Assembly (NCBI GenBank): GCA_022510445.1
Contig: JAFLTN010000001.1
Span: 1 to 56,459, forward strand
DNA length: 56,459 nucleotides
Source: Muribaculaceae bacterium
GTDB lineage: Bacteria; Bacteroidota; Bacteroidia; Bacteroidales; Muribaculaceae
Reading direction: 5' to 3'
This document shows, one piece after another, positions 1 to 9,774 of the stretch. A model generated the notes under the pieces. It did no database searches. It was not told the origin of the DNA and saw only the letters and a program-made list of their open reading frames with translations. Positions within the stretch are counted from its first letter, which is position 1. Each line of letters starts with the position of its first letter. The translations under genes were made by a program, and so were the position numbers.

Positions 1-2
1 AT

Positions 3-1046
3 TCAGAATTGAGAGACTTGCAAATGTTGGTTGCTCATGAGAAAGCTCATTTAGACAAGGCTCATTGGATCGACCTTGTTCTGGCACAAATCGTCTTGAT
101 TTTTCAATGGTTCAATCCGGCTGCCTGGTTCATGAGAAGAGAGTTGCAACGCATCCACGAATATGAAGCGGATGAAGCTGTTTTGCAATCAGGTGTTGAA
201 GAGAAAGAATATCAAATGCTTTTGATACAGAATATTTCAGGAAATCGGTATTCAGGCCTGACCGATGGATTGAATAATTGTTCACTTAAAAAACGAATCA
301 TTATGATGAAAAAAACAAAATTCAAGAAAGACCGGGTAATCAGAGGAATTGCAGTCTGTGGATTCGCTTTTCTCGGTGGATTGATTATCCATATCCCGGC
401 AGTAGCGGAAGTTTTGGAATCATCTCCTCTATCCATAGAATCTAAAGAGAAGCTGATTGTAATTCAGGGAGAGGGAAAAGATCCGAAAGAGGAAAAAGAT
501 GTAGAATATTATGTAGATGAGTTAAGGACTCAAAAAGAAAATTTAGCTTCGGTTGATCCTTCTAATATCAAGGAAATAAAGATCGACAAATCCACCGAGA
601 CTCCTAAAGTTGAGATTACAACCAAAAAGGCTCCTGATAGGAATAATATTGATAAAAAAGATTCTTTTAGCGACGATAAAAAGAAGGGTGAACTTGAAAA
701 CTATCCTGATGCTTATCTCTCCGTAGACAAAATCGCGGAATATGAAGGTGGGGAAATACAGCTGCTTAAAGATCTCATAAACTCAATTCAATATCCACAA
801 GAAGCCGAACAGAATGATATTCAGGGAAGGGTTGTTGTGAGCTTCCAGATTAACACTAACGGCACCATCAGTAATTGCGAAGTGGCTTACTCACAGCATC
901 CTGTCTTAAATGAAGCTGCCTTAAAAGCTGTGGAAAGCCTTCCGGGTAAATGGAAACCGGCAGAAGTTGATGGCAAACCCGTTGCATCTGTTTTCAATCT
1001 GCCTGTCACTTTCCGGCTTCAGTCTTCAGATAAAGAATCAAAATAA
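3..1046 (+). CDS. BlaR1/peptidase M56 family protein with C-terminal TonB domain (5'-truncated at window edge)
   Basis: Frame is open from the window start. HEKAH (HExxH) zinc motif is followed by WFNP...HEYEAD and LKKRIIMM, typical of M56. The C-terminus has TonB_C motifs (YPQEAEQNDIQGRVVVSF...WKPAEVDGKPV...LPVTF). Confidence 0.9.
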   Translation, partial: SELRDLQMLVAHEKAHLDKAHWIDLVLAQIVLIFQWFNPAAWFMRRELQRIHEYEADEAVLQSGVEEKEYQMLLIQNISGNRYSGLTDGLNNCSLKKRIIMMKKTKFKKDRVIRGIAVCGFAFLGGLIIHIPAVAEVLESSPLSIESKEKLIVIQGEGKDPKEEKDVEYYVDELRTQKENLASVDPSNIKEIKIDKSTETPKVEITTKKAPDRNNIDKKDSFSDDKKKGELENYPDAYLSVDKIAEYEGGEIQLLKDLINSIQYPQEAEQNDIQGRVVVSFQINTNGTISNCEVAYSQHPVLNEAALKAVESLPGKWKPAEVDGKPVASVFNLPVTFRLQSSDKESK

Positions 1047-1069
1047 TTTCTCATAATTCATATACTGTA

Positions 1070-1104
1070 GTTGCTTTGCCTCGTAATTTCAGGGGCAAAG
1101 CAAC
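1070..1104 (+). terminator. Stem-loop, probable intrinsic terminator
   Basis: GTTGCTTTGCC...GGCAAAGCAAC 11-bp inverted repeat shortly after the M56 stop codon. Confidence 0.65.
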
Positions 1105-1249
1105 GTTTATAGTCTTAACTTGATGGTGACGATGCTGGCATGAAAAGACTTCTTCGGAGAGATCGTCAGTGAGAAACTTACATAAAAAATAAAACTTAAG
1201 TCATATTTCTTTATTTTTGCATAAAATCCGTTTTTACTTAATCTTCGAT

Positions 1250-2917
1250 ATGAATAGTCTCAAGAATTTCATTCTATCAGCTGTGGCTCTTGCAGGTGTT
1301 GGAGGCGCATATGCCCAATCGTTGGGTGAAGGTATGGTTATAAACCCTTATCCGGCTTCAAAATATCAGACTTTCCTGACCAATGTGCTATTAGCCTATG
1401 ATTTTAAGATAATCACGATTGCCGATGAAGATCTGGCTGTTAACGTGACTATTAATGACAAACTTTACGACGTTTACCCGGAAGTTTATTTCGATCCGGA
1501 AATTGCCTGGGAACTCGGGCAGACAAACAGCAACCCCGCTTGGGGAAATGAGCTGGTAATAGATTTCAGCGAGGAGGCTTATGCCGATAGTTATCCTGTG
1601 GGCACCTATACAATCGAAATCCCCGAAGGTCTTGTAAAAGACGAAAATGGAAATGTAAATCCCGAACAGATTATTACATTTGTTAAAGTTGACCCCGTTA
1701 AACCCGTTTATATCACTCCTCCCGACGGGACATATCCCTCTCAGCAACTAAAAAATGTGGAGATTACTTTCTCTGAGGAAATTGCTCTGAATCCCGAAAG
1801 AGGAAAGATTACTGACAGAGAGAAAAATGACTGGATAAATCCTCCTGCCGTTATTGATTCTTATTCTATAGCGGAAGATGGCAAAACTCTTAAATTAGAC
1901 CTCAGTGAGATAGAATTAGGGATTGTTTCCTCCATAAACATCCCTGAAAAATTCCTCCTTGTAGGCGATGACTATGTCAACGAAGAAATTTGGCTTGAAT
2001 ATATGAACTGGAACGGATTAAAACCGGCTACTATTATATCAGCTCCGGAGCAGGAATCAACACCCGACCTTAAACCTTTCGTTCTCACATGGGATTATCA
2101 GCCAATATCAATAACTCATGATGCTCCCGACACCGAATTTGTTTGCGGATTCCCCGACTTCGGCTGGCAGGAGGGCTGGAGAGTGATGATACCTGCTGAT
2201 TATTATACTCTTGTGTATGTGGCGGAAGGCAGTGATTCATGGGAGCAACCCTCAGATTCCAATCCGGCCAACGCAGTTTATCTCGATGTGAAAGATTTAA
2301 TCGATGACTTCAATTTCTCTCGCTTTGAAATTATCTTCCCGATAGGACTTGTGGAAAACAATGAGGGTCTCACCAATCCTTCCCAGAATTACGTATTCAA
2401 TGTTTCTGTACGTCAGGAGTCGGTTTCAATATCTGCTGAAGATGGTGTTATTAACATTATCTGGCCACAGGCTGATTGGGTCACATATAACCTTTCAGAT
2501 GACGATCCTGTTCTCATCAATGCATCGGGAGAGACAATACCACTGGACTTCACTTTCGGTGGAACCGTGCCGGGGCAGGTTTCTCTTATCAATTCCGATA
2601 TCCATGGCATTGAAGTTAATCTGAATGAGATGGTTTTATCCGACGGATATTATACTCTTTTCATCCCCGATTCTTATGTTGTGATAACCGACATTGACGA
2701 CAATTTCAATTTCAACGCTCCTCTTTCATATGAATTTGCCTGGAAAGATGGTAATTTCGATGAAGCCGGTGCTCCGACAGTTAAGCCCGATAGTGGCATC
2801 TATCATGTCTTCAGCATTAATGGACAAAAAATAATAGAAAGTTCTGACATGACTTCCTTAAGAAACGGAATCTACATTATTAACGGCAAGAAAATAATAA
2901 TCAAATCAAATTATTAA
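1250..2917 (+). CDS. Secreted acidic protein with repeated Ig-like modules and T9SS-like C-terminal sorting tail
   Basis: ATG at 1250 gives a signal peptide (MNSLKNFILSAVALAGVGGAYA). Repeated 'Y-T-I-x-IP-x-G-L-V' type motifs follow. C-terminus GIYHVFSINGQK...GIYIINGKKIII resembles Bacteroidales CTDs. Confidence 0.7.
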   Translation: MNSLKNFILSAVALAGVGGAYAQSLGEGMVINPYPASKYQTFLTNVLLAYDFKIITIADEDLAVNVTINDKLYDVYPEVYFDPEIAWELGQTNSNPAWGNELVIDFSEEAYADSYPVGTYTIEIPEGLVKDENGNVNPEQIITFVKVDPVKPVYITPPDGTYPSQQLKNVEITFSEEIALNPERGKITDREKNDWINPPAVIDSYSIAEDGKTLKLDLSEIELGIVSSINIPEKFLLVGDDYVNEEIWLEYMNWNGLKPATIISAPEQESTPDLKPFVLTWDYQPISITHDAPDTEFVCGFPDFGWQEGWRVMIPADYYTLVYVAEGSDSWEQPSDSNPANAVYLDVKDLIDDFNFSRFEIIFPIGLVENNEGLTNPSQNYVFNVSVRQESVSISAEDGVINIIWPQADWVTYNLSDDDPVLINASGETIPLDFTFGGTVPGQVSLINSDIHGIEVNLNEMVLSDGYYTLFIPDSYVVITDIDDNFNFNAPLSYEFAWKDGNFDEAGAPTVKPDSGIYHVFSINGQKIIESSDMTSLRNGIYIINGKKIIIKSNY

Positions 2918-2952
2918 GTGGCAAAGCCTTAATAAGGAAATCTGTGAAGGAT

Positions 2953-3075
2953 ATGAAACGTTTCGGTTATTTCGACGACGGCAACCGGAAATATGTCATT
3001 ATTCATCATGAATCCCTTGGCCAGCTCCAGCCGGAAGGAGCTGTGGTGAATGTTACGGTAAAAATGGGAGATTGA
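2953..3075 (+). pseudogene. 40-codon remnant resembling fused N- and C-termini of a GH94 (cellobiose/chitobiose) phosphorylase
   Basis: My translation is MKRFGYFDDGNRKYVIIHHESLGQLQPEGAVVNVTVKMGD*. The start resembles the GH94 N-terminus (M-x-YGYFDDxNREYVI) and the end resembles the GH94 C-terminus (V-x-V-x-MG). A terminator follows. Confidence 0.6.
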
Positions 3076-3103
3076 TATTTTATCCCTGATTTGCGTGACA
3101 TTT

Positions 3104-3139
3104 GAAGGCGTGTCTTTGACAGACTACGCCTTCTTTTTT
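3104..3139 (+). terminator. Intrinsic terminator
   Basis: GAAGGCGTGTCT-TTGAC-AGACTACGCCTTC stem (one bulged base) followed by TTTTTT. Confidence 0.8.
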
Positions 3140-3297
3140 ATCTCTATGTTTTTTAACATAATTTATTGGATACGTTCTAAACCAAAGTAAATTGCCGGTG
3201 TTATAATATCAAACAGGCTTAAATTGTCATCAACAGGTGCCAATTAACTTATTTTTAAATCATTAGATTATTATTAACCTCTAAAAATATTTGAATT

Positions 3298-3492
3298 ATG
3301 AAAACCTTATCAATTATCTTTTACGTTATCGGCTCGATACTTTTAATTGTGTCTTGTTTCACTGACAGTTATTCCGCAACATGGTGGTTAGGCGGTATTG
3401 CGGTGATTTTCTTAATTGGTGGTTGTGTATGCCAGTTTACATCCAACTCCAATAAGCAGATAACTCATAATCACGACAATTTCAATCAATAG
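3298..3492 (+). CDS. Small two-TM membrane protein
   Basis: 64-aa ORF with two hydrophobic segments, AT-rich leader and ATG start. Confidence 0.65.
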   Translation: MKTLSIIFYVIGSILLIVSCFTDSYSATWWLGGIAVIFLIGGCVCQFTSNSNKQITHNHDNFNQ

Positions 3493-4250
3493 TTTCTATC
3501 TATAACTTTTAATATATCGGAAGCCTGCGATAATGTCGCGGGCTTTCCTATGTCCAGAAGTATTAGGTCTTCCTGTTTCAATCCTGTTATTCCGCAACTT
3601 CTCCTCTCATCAAGGAAATAATCCATAACTGAAAATTTAGTTTCTCCGAACAATTCTTTCATTTCCTCCACACTTTCCTTCCTGACCGTATATATACCGC
3701 TGAACGCATATTCTTTATAATCACGTACAGGTATGAAACTCTCCGGCCTGAATTTATCATTTCTCAGATCATGCCAGCCTCTCAATATCATCCTGTCGTC
3801 AAATATTAATTTCCTCGTTGAGTCTCTTGAACTGACAAGAAGTCTTCCTCCGGATTTTTCATTCCTCTCTGAATAAGGACTCATGCACATAAGGGATTTG
3901 AAATCTGCGTTGCTTAAAATATCAACATTATGAACCAATACCTCTTTCTCTCCGTCACGAAAGAGCCGATCGAAAGCTTTCACAAGTGCTCCTCCTGTGT
4001 CAAGGAGCTCATCCCGCTCATCACTTATCTCTATCCTTATTCCAAAATTTTTTCTGTCTAAAAATTCTATTACCTGATCTGCAAAGTGATGAACATTTAC
4101 CACTATAGAATCAAAACCACGTTTCTTCAACGATAAAATCACACGCTCCAGCATAGGGACCCCTTCAACCGGCACCAAAGCCTTGGGAATTCTGTCAGTC
4201 AAAGGTTTCAGGCGTGTGCCTAAACCTGCCGCCAATATCATCGCTTTCAT
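3486..4250 (-). CDS. Nucleotidyltransferase (MurU-like, NTP_transferase)
   Basis: MKAMILAAGLGTRLKPLT...PKALV signature and DTGG motif. Overlaps by 4 bp with the upstream kinase gene. Confidence 0.9.
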   Translation of the reverse strand: MKAMILAAGLGTRLKPLTDRIPKALVPVEGVPMLERVILSLKKRGFDSIVVNVHHFADQVIEFLDRKNFGIRIEISDERDELLDTGGALVKAFDRLFRDGEKEVLVHNVDILSNADFKSLMCMSPYSERNEKSGGRLLVSSRDSTRKLIFDDRMILRGWHDLRNDKFRPESFIPVRDYKEYAFSGIYTVRKESVEEMKELFGETKFSVMDYFLDERRSCGITGLKQEDLILLDIGKPATLSQASDILKVIDRNY

Positions 4251-5644
4251 ATCTGCTCCCTATGTATCAGTTCAATTTTAACACCCGGAAATTTTTGTGC
4301 AACTTTCCTGGCAAATCCATCAGCACAATATACTGACCTGTGTTGTCCTCCAGTGCATCCGAAACCAACTTGTAAAGAACTGAATCCCCTCTCAAGATAC
4401 CGTTCAATACTCGGAGAGACCACCTTAAAAGCATCATCTATAAATCTCTCAGCCTCTCCATCTGCAAGCAGAAATTTTTTTACCGGTTCATCTCGTCCTG
4501 TCAAAGCCTTGAATTCTTCATATCTGCCGGGATTATGAATTCCCCGGCAATCGAACATAAATCCTCCTCCGTTACCGCTCTTGTCTTCCGGATAACCTTT
4601 CTTGTATGAAAAACTATAAATCCTGACCGTCAGTCCCTCCCGAGGCTCCTCATCCCTAAATTTCTTGTTTATGATTGCTGTCGAAATCTTATGCAATTCC
4701 GGATATTTTTCAAAAGCTCCTTTATCAAGAAGATATTTAAGATTTTGTTGCGCCCCAGGGATGCTGGATATGAAATGTGGTTTCCTCTCTATCAGTCCCC
4801 TGAAACCATAGGCACCAAGAACCTGCAGAGTCCGGAAAAGCAATATCGGCAATATTTCTTTTTCAACATCGTCAACATTCATTCCTTGGGAGGCAGCTGT
4901 CAATTCTGCATAATACTTTCCCAAGGTCTCCCTTTCTTCAACTGTGAAAGGAGCTTTTGCCTGCCATATAAACGAGACGGCATCATAAACCAAAGGGCCT
5001 CTCCTTCCTCCCTGGAAATCTATCAGCCACAGTTTTTCATCCTTCATCATTATATTGCGCGATTGAAAATCACGATACATAAATCCTTGCAATTTCCCGG
5101 GAATGGAAGTCAGGACACCAACCATCATGTCGAAATCATCCTCCAGCTTTTCCTCATTAAAAATCACTCCGCACGGCTTTAAGAAATCATATTTGAAATA
5201 ATTCAGATCCCACCTAACAAGCCTTTCTCCGAATGGTGGAAAAATCACTGATTCTTCCCATTCATCCTCTTTTATAGACTGAAGTTTCACAATTTCTCGT
5301 AATGCCGCACGCCCAAGATTCAAACGATCGCCCGTATGAAGAGCGTCATACAATGAAAGGTCACCTAAATCCTCTTCCAAATAGAAGTAACCGTCAACAG
5401 ACACATCGATTATTGAAGGCACGTTTAATCCGACTTTCCTGAAGCCCTTAGCCAGATTTATGAAGGCCAGGTTTTCCATAACATCTTCACCCCAGACTCC
5501 GATCAAACTGTCACGACCCTCACTATTCATCCTATAATATCTTCTTGTAGAGCCGCCACCTGTCACAGGCCTTATTCCGGGCTCTACCCCATATTTCTCA
5601 AAATATAATGTCTTAAGTCTGTTTTCAATTTCTTCTCTTTTCAT
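4247..5644 (-). CDS. APH-like phosphotransferase (AmgK-like) fused to RapZ C-terminal-like domain
   Basis: GGSTRRYYR, EDLGD, YRDFQSRNIM, IDFQG motifs mark the AmgK/APH fold. C-terminal SFSYKKG...FDCR...NPG...GCTGGQHRSV marks RapZ_C. Confidence 0.88.
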   Translation of the reverse strand: MKREEIENRLKTLYFEKYGVEPGIRPVTGGGSTRRYYRMNSEGRDSLIGVWGEDVMENLAFINLAKGFRKVGLNVPSIIDVSVDGYFYLEEDLGDLSLYDALHTGDRLNLGRAALREIVKLQSIKEDEWEESVIFPPFGERLVRWDLNYFKYDFLKPCGVIFNEEKLEDDFDMMVGVLTSIPGKLQGFMYRDFQSRNIMMKDEKLWLIDFQGGRRGPLVYDAVSFIWQAKAPFTVEERETLGKYYAELTAASQGMNVDDVEKEILPILLFRTLQVLGAYGFRGLIERKPHFISSIPGAQQNLKYLLDKGAFEKYPELHKISTAIINKKFRDEEPREGLTVRIYSFSYKKGYPEDKSGNGGGFMFDCRGIHNPGRYEEFKALTGRDEPVKKFLLADGEAERFIDDAFKVVSPSIERYLERGFSSLQVGFGCTGGQHRSVYCADGFARKVAQKFPGVKIELIHREQI

Positions 5645-5779
5645 ATCAATTTTTCAAAATATTTACAAATTTACTAACTTTCCAATAATCTTTGGGCCTC
5701 GTATGCCTCAACATAACAAAAACAGTTGTCTGTGCCATTATTAAAATTTGTTATTGAACCATCTCTCAGTGCCTAATTG

Positions 5780-5810
5780 TTTGCAAAACCGTTTTATTTT
5801 GCTAAATTTG
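5780..5810 (+). promoter_or_regulatory. Bacteroidetes sigma-A promoter of pgk
   Basis: TTTG (5780-5783), 19 nt spacer, TAAATTTG (5803-5810): exact match to the -33/-7 consensus. Confidence 0.75.
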
Positions 5811-5867
5811 CAAGACAAAGTCCCAATTGCCTAATAATTAGTTTAACAAAACAAAATATAATTCAAA

Positions 5868-7115
5868 ATGGCTAAAATAGACAATTACAATTTTGCCGGT
5901 AAAAAAGCTATCGTTAGGGTTGACTTTAATGTACCCCTCGATGAAAACGGACATGTAACTGACGACACCAGAATCCGCGGTGCCCTTCCCACTCTGAAAA
6001 AAATATTGGCCGACGGAGGTTCTCTTATCCTTATGAGCCACATGGGCAAACCTAAAGGAAAAGTGAATCCTAAATACAGCCTTTCTCAGATACGCGAAGA
6101 TGTGGCTAAAGCACTCGGTACCGACGTTAAGTTCGTTCCGGACTGTGCTAACGCCGATGAAGCTGTAAAAGAACTTAAGCCGGGCGAAGTGCTACTTCTT
6201 GAAAACCTTCGTTTCTATCCTGAAGAAGAGGGTAAACCTGTTGGAATCGACAAAGAGGATCCAGCTTATGAACAGGCCAAGAAAGATATGAAGGAGAGCC
6301 AGAAAAAATTCGCGCAGAAACTCGCAGGTTATGCCGATGTTTATGTCAACGATGCTTTCGGCACAGCTCACCGCCGCCACGCATCTACTGCTGTTGTGGC
6401 CGATTATTTTAAGCCCGAAGATAAGATGCTCGGCTACCTCATGGAAAAGGAAGTGGAGGCTGTCAACAATATTCTCAGCGATATCAAACGTCCATTCACC
6501 GCTATTATGGGAGGCTCTAAGGTTTCCACCAAAATCGGTATCATCGAAAACCTTATGGACAAAGTCGACAATCTCATTCTCTGCGGTGGAATGACTTATA
6601 CTTTTGCTAAAGCCCAGGGTGGTAAGATCGGGAATTCAATAGTTGAAGACGATAAGCTCGACCTTGCTCTCGATATCATTAAGAAGGCTAAGGAGAAAGG
6701 TGTCAACCTTATCCTCGGTTCCGACTGTATTGCTGCCGACTCCTTCAGCAACGACGCCAAGACTATCGTTTGCCCGGCTAATGACATACCCGACGGATGG
6801 GAAGGTCTGGATGCAGGTCCTGAAACACGCAAGGCATTCGCCGAAGCGATCATACCTTCAAAAACCATCCTCTGGAACGGCCCGGCCGGAGTGTTCGAAT
6901 TCGATAACTTCACAGGGGGCTCAAGAGCAATCGCTGAAGCTATCGTAAAAGCGACCGAGAACGGTGCCTTCTCTCTTGTAGGAGGAGGTGATTCCGTGGC
7001 TTGCGTCAACAAATTCGGACTTGCCGACAGCGTTTCCTACGTTTCTACCGGCGGCGGTGCCCTCCTCGAAGCAATCGAAGGGAAAACTCTTCCGGGCGTA
7101 GCTGCCGTTAAATGA
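5868..7115 (+). CDS. pgk: Phosphoglycerate kinase
   Basis: [41 protein letters not shown] motifs. Confidence 0.98.
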   Translation: MAKIDNYNFAGKKAIVRVDFNVPLDENGHVTDDTRIRGALPTLKKILADGGSLILMSHMGKPKGKVNPKYSLSQIREDVAKALGTDVKFVPDCANADEAVKELKPGEVLLLENLRFYPEEEGKPVGIDKEDPAYEQAKKDMKESQKKFAQKLAGYADVYVNDAFGTAHRRHASTAVVADYFKPEDKMLGYLMEKEVEAVNNILSDIKRPFTAIMGGSKVSTKIGIIENLMDKVDNLILCGGMTYTFAKAQGGKIGNSIVEDDKLDLALDIIKKAKEKGVNLILGSDCIAADSFSNDAKTIVCPANDIPDGWEGLDAGPETRKAFAEAIIPSKTILWNGPAGVFEFDNFTGGSRAIAEAIVKATENGAFSLVGGGDSVACVNKFGLADSVSYVSTGGGALLEAIEGKTLPGVAAVK

Positions 7116-7131
7116 TTTTTATTTTGAAAAA

Positions 7132-7162
7132 ATTGTTTTTTTCAAATTATATTGTAATTTTG
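7132..7162 (+). promoter_or_regulatory. Probable promoter of exbB operon
   Basis: TTG (7133-7135), 19 nt spacer, TAATTTTG (7155-7162). Confidence 0.55.
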
Positions 7163-7315
7163 CAACGTAATGACTTTTAGTGTAAATTAAACAATCAAAT
7201 AAAATTTCTCTAAAGTCGTTCATGAAAGACTCCCGGGGTGGTTGCCCCGGGGCTATAAATAGCCTAAAAAACAACATTTTATAAACATTCTATTTTTTCA
7301 AACACAACAAACATT

Positions 7316-8167
7316 ATGGCAACACAAAATCCTACGGTGGCTGCCCCCGTTGCAACCCCCAAAAAGAAAAAGGAGGAAAAAATCAGCAACGTTCGCGGAA
7401 TCCGCAACGCCTTTTTCGTAATCATCGCTTGCGCTATCGCAGCAGTTTGTATCTTCTTATTTGCTATGGGTGCTCCCGGTAACTTCGAAGGAAATGACCC
7501 CGCCGGACATCCGATTAACCTCGCAGGTACTGTTTACAAAGGTGGTTTTATCGTTCCTATCCTTATGACTCTCTTCCTTACCGTTATCGTTCTTTCAATC
7601 GAACGTTGGATCGCTATCAGCTCAGCTTCAGGTAAGGGCAACACAACTAAATTCGTCTCAGACGTGAAGGCTGACCTCGCTATGAACAATATCGATGCCG
7701 CTATGCAACGCTGCAAAGATCAGAAAGGTTCAGTTGCCGCTGTTATCTATAGCACTCTCGTGAAATACAAAGAGATGGATGCCAACACTACTCTCAGCAA
7801 AGAACAAAAGCTTACTACTCTCCGCAACGAAGTGGAAGAAGCTACTGCTCTTGAAATGCCGGCTCTTTCTCAGAACCTCCCGATCGTGGCTACTCTTACA
7901 ACTCTCGGTACTCTCGTCGGACTGCTCGGAACCGTTATGGGTATGATCAAATCATTCCAGGCTCTTGCAACTTCAGGTTCACCTGACTCTACAGAACTTT
8001 CAACCGGTATCTCTGAGGCCCTCGTTAACACTGCCTTCGGTATCGCTACCGGTGCCTTCGCTGTTATCTCTTATAACTTCTTTACAAACAAGATCGACAA
8101 CCTCACTTACGCTATCGACGAAATCGGTTTCTCTATCGTAGCTACTTTTGCCGCTACTCACAATTAA
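7316..8167 (+). CDS. exbB: MotA/TolQ/ExbB proton channel protein
   Basis: TLVGLLGTVMGMIKSF...GISEALVNTAFGI motif; first gene of the exbBDD-tonB cluster. Confidence 0.92.
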   Translation: MATQNPTVAAPVATPKKKKEEKISNVRGIRNAFFVIIACAIAAVCIFLFAMGAPGNFEGNDPAGHPINLAGTVYKGGFIVPILMTLFLTVIVLSIERWIAISSASGKGNTTKFVSDVKADLAMNNIDAAMQRCKDQKGSVAAVIYSTLVKYKEMDANTTLSKEQKLTTLRNEVEEATALEMPALSQNLPIVATLTTLGTLVGLLGTVMGMIKSFQALATSGSPDSTELSTGISEALVNTAFGIATGAFAVISYNFFTNKIDNLTYAIDEIGFSIVATFAATHN

Positions 8168-8217
8168 TTCCGGCAATTCTAAGTGATTTTTTTAACCGAA
8201 TAAGTTTTTAGCATAAT

Positions 8218-8943
8218 ATGGGAAGAGTAAAAATAGCAAAGAAAAGCACATTCATCGACATGACCGCGATGAGTGACGTGACCGTGTTGCTGCTTACCTT
8301 CTTCATGTTGACTTCGACCTTCCTTCAGAAAGAACCTACTACTGTGCTTACCCCTCCTTCTGTTTCCACAGAAAAAGTGCAGGAAACAAATTTCGTACAG
8401 GTTCTTGTTAGCCCGGAAGGTAAGATTTGGCTTACTATGAACAATGACACTTCATCTGTATGGTCTAACGAAAAGATGAGAATGGCTGTCCTTGACAAAG
8501 TGGCCGATATCTATAACGAAACGCATAAGAATAACCCTGTGAAGTTCACAGAACAGCAGAAGTACACGTTCAGCAAACTTGGTGCCTTTGGTGTTCCTTT
8601 GACCCAAATGGGCGAATTCCTCGACCTGGCCACCCAGCCCGAGGGTATGACCAAGATGGACAAATGGCTTGAAGGTGACGATGGAAATCCTAATCACATC
8701 ACCGGAATCCCTGTGGCCTGGAACTCAAATCCGGACAACCCAACCGAATTCCAGATGTGGATCAAGGCAATGCGCCAAACCGAAAATGAAAACCTCGCTC
8801 AGGCTATCAAAGACGGTACCGGTATTGCTATTAAGGCCGACCAGAACACTTCGTTCGACATCGTCCATATGGTGATGGATAACCTCCAGACCATCAAGCA
8901 GAATAAATTCACATTTTTGACAGCACTTAAAGCAGGAGATTAA
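8218..8943 (+). CDS. exbD: Biopolymer transporter ExbD
   Basis: IDMTAMSDVTVLLLTFFMLT TM motif and C-terminal IKAD motif. Confidence 0.9.
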   Translation: MGRVKIAKKSTFIDMTAMSDVTVLLLTFFMLTSTFLQKEPTTVLTPPSVSTEKVQETNFVQVLVSPEGKIWLTMNNDTSSVWSNEKMRMAVLDKVADIYNETHKNNPVKFTEQQKYTFSKLGAFGVPLTQMGEFLDLATQPEGMTKMDKWLEGDDGNPNHITGIPVAWNSNPDNPTEFQMWIKAMRQTENENLAQAIKDGTGIAIKADQNTSFDIVHMVMDNLQTIKQNKFTFLTALKAGD

Positions 8944-8946
8944 ACC

Positions 8947-9738
8947 ATGGCAGAAGTTCAAGAAAAATCTGGTGGCGACGGCAAAAAAGGCGCTCAGAAA
9001 AAAATGCACATCCGCGTGGACTTCACGCCGATGGTCGACATGAACATGTTGCTCATAACATTCTTCATGCTTTGTACTACTATGATCAAGTCTCAGACTT
9101 TGACAATCGCCCTCCCTTCCAACGAGAAGGTGGAAAACACTGAAAACATGTCTCAGGCTTCTGCCGACGACGCCGTCACTATTATTGTTGACGCAAAACG
9201 TCGTCCCGGCTCTAACGAAGTCGATACAGTCGGTGGCCATGTTGTCAATGAAGTCTACTACTATTTCGGTAAACCCGGTGGTGATGAGGGTATGTTCGCT
9301 GCAGGCGGCGAGGTGATTTCCGCCAACAACAACCTTCAGAAATCTGAATTCCTTACCGACGAAGTTAATGCAGCAGGCATTAAAAACGCTCGCGGTATCC
9401 GTCAGATCATCCAGCAAAGAAATAAGGAGGTTCTCACCGAAATTAATAAATTGAAGGAGAAATACGCTAACGGTGGTTTCGGTCCGCTCGAAACTAAGGA
9501 TGAACGTGAAAAAGCTCAGGCTTTATATGACGAAGCTGCTTCTGAAATCCGTAAAAACGAGAACATCAAGAAACCGGTGATCATTATCAAGTCTACTCCC
9601 CAGGCTTCTTTCGGTAGCCTCGTGGAACTGCTTGACGAGATGCAGATCAATTCGATCTCCAAATATCAGATTGATAACATGACTCGCGTTGACTCCGTTA
9701 TGTTGATGGATTATCAGGCCGCTCACCCCGGTAGCTGA
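8947..9738 (+). CDS. exbD: Biopolymer transporter ExbD (second paralog)
   Basis: VDFTPMVDMNMLLITFFML TM motif; C-terminal VIIIK...LDEM. Confidence 0.9.
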   Translation: MAEVQEKSGGDGKKGAQKKMHIRVDFTPMVDMNMLLITFFMLCTTMIKSQTLTIALPSNEKVENTENMSQASADDAVTIIVDAKRRPGSNEVDTVGGHVVNEVYYYFGKPGGDEGMFAAGGEVISANNNLQKSEFLTDEVNAAGIKNARGIRQIIQQRNKEVLTEINKLKEKYANGGFGPLETKDEREKAQALYDEAASEIRKNENIKKPVIIIKSTPQASFGSLVELLDEMQINSISKYQIDNMTRVDSVMLMDYQAAHPGS

Positions 9739-9774
9739 TCGTAAGATTTATTAACCCTTAAAGCAAACAGAAAA

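Noticed and set aside
1217-1249. Upstream non-ATG starts in the ORF track (also 34595, 40539, 51952)
   Set aside because: Downstream ATGs (1250, 34514, 40602, 52045) give proper signal peptides or avoid overlaps with promoter elements and neighbouring genes.
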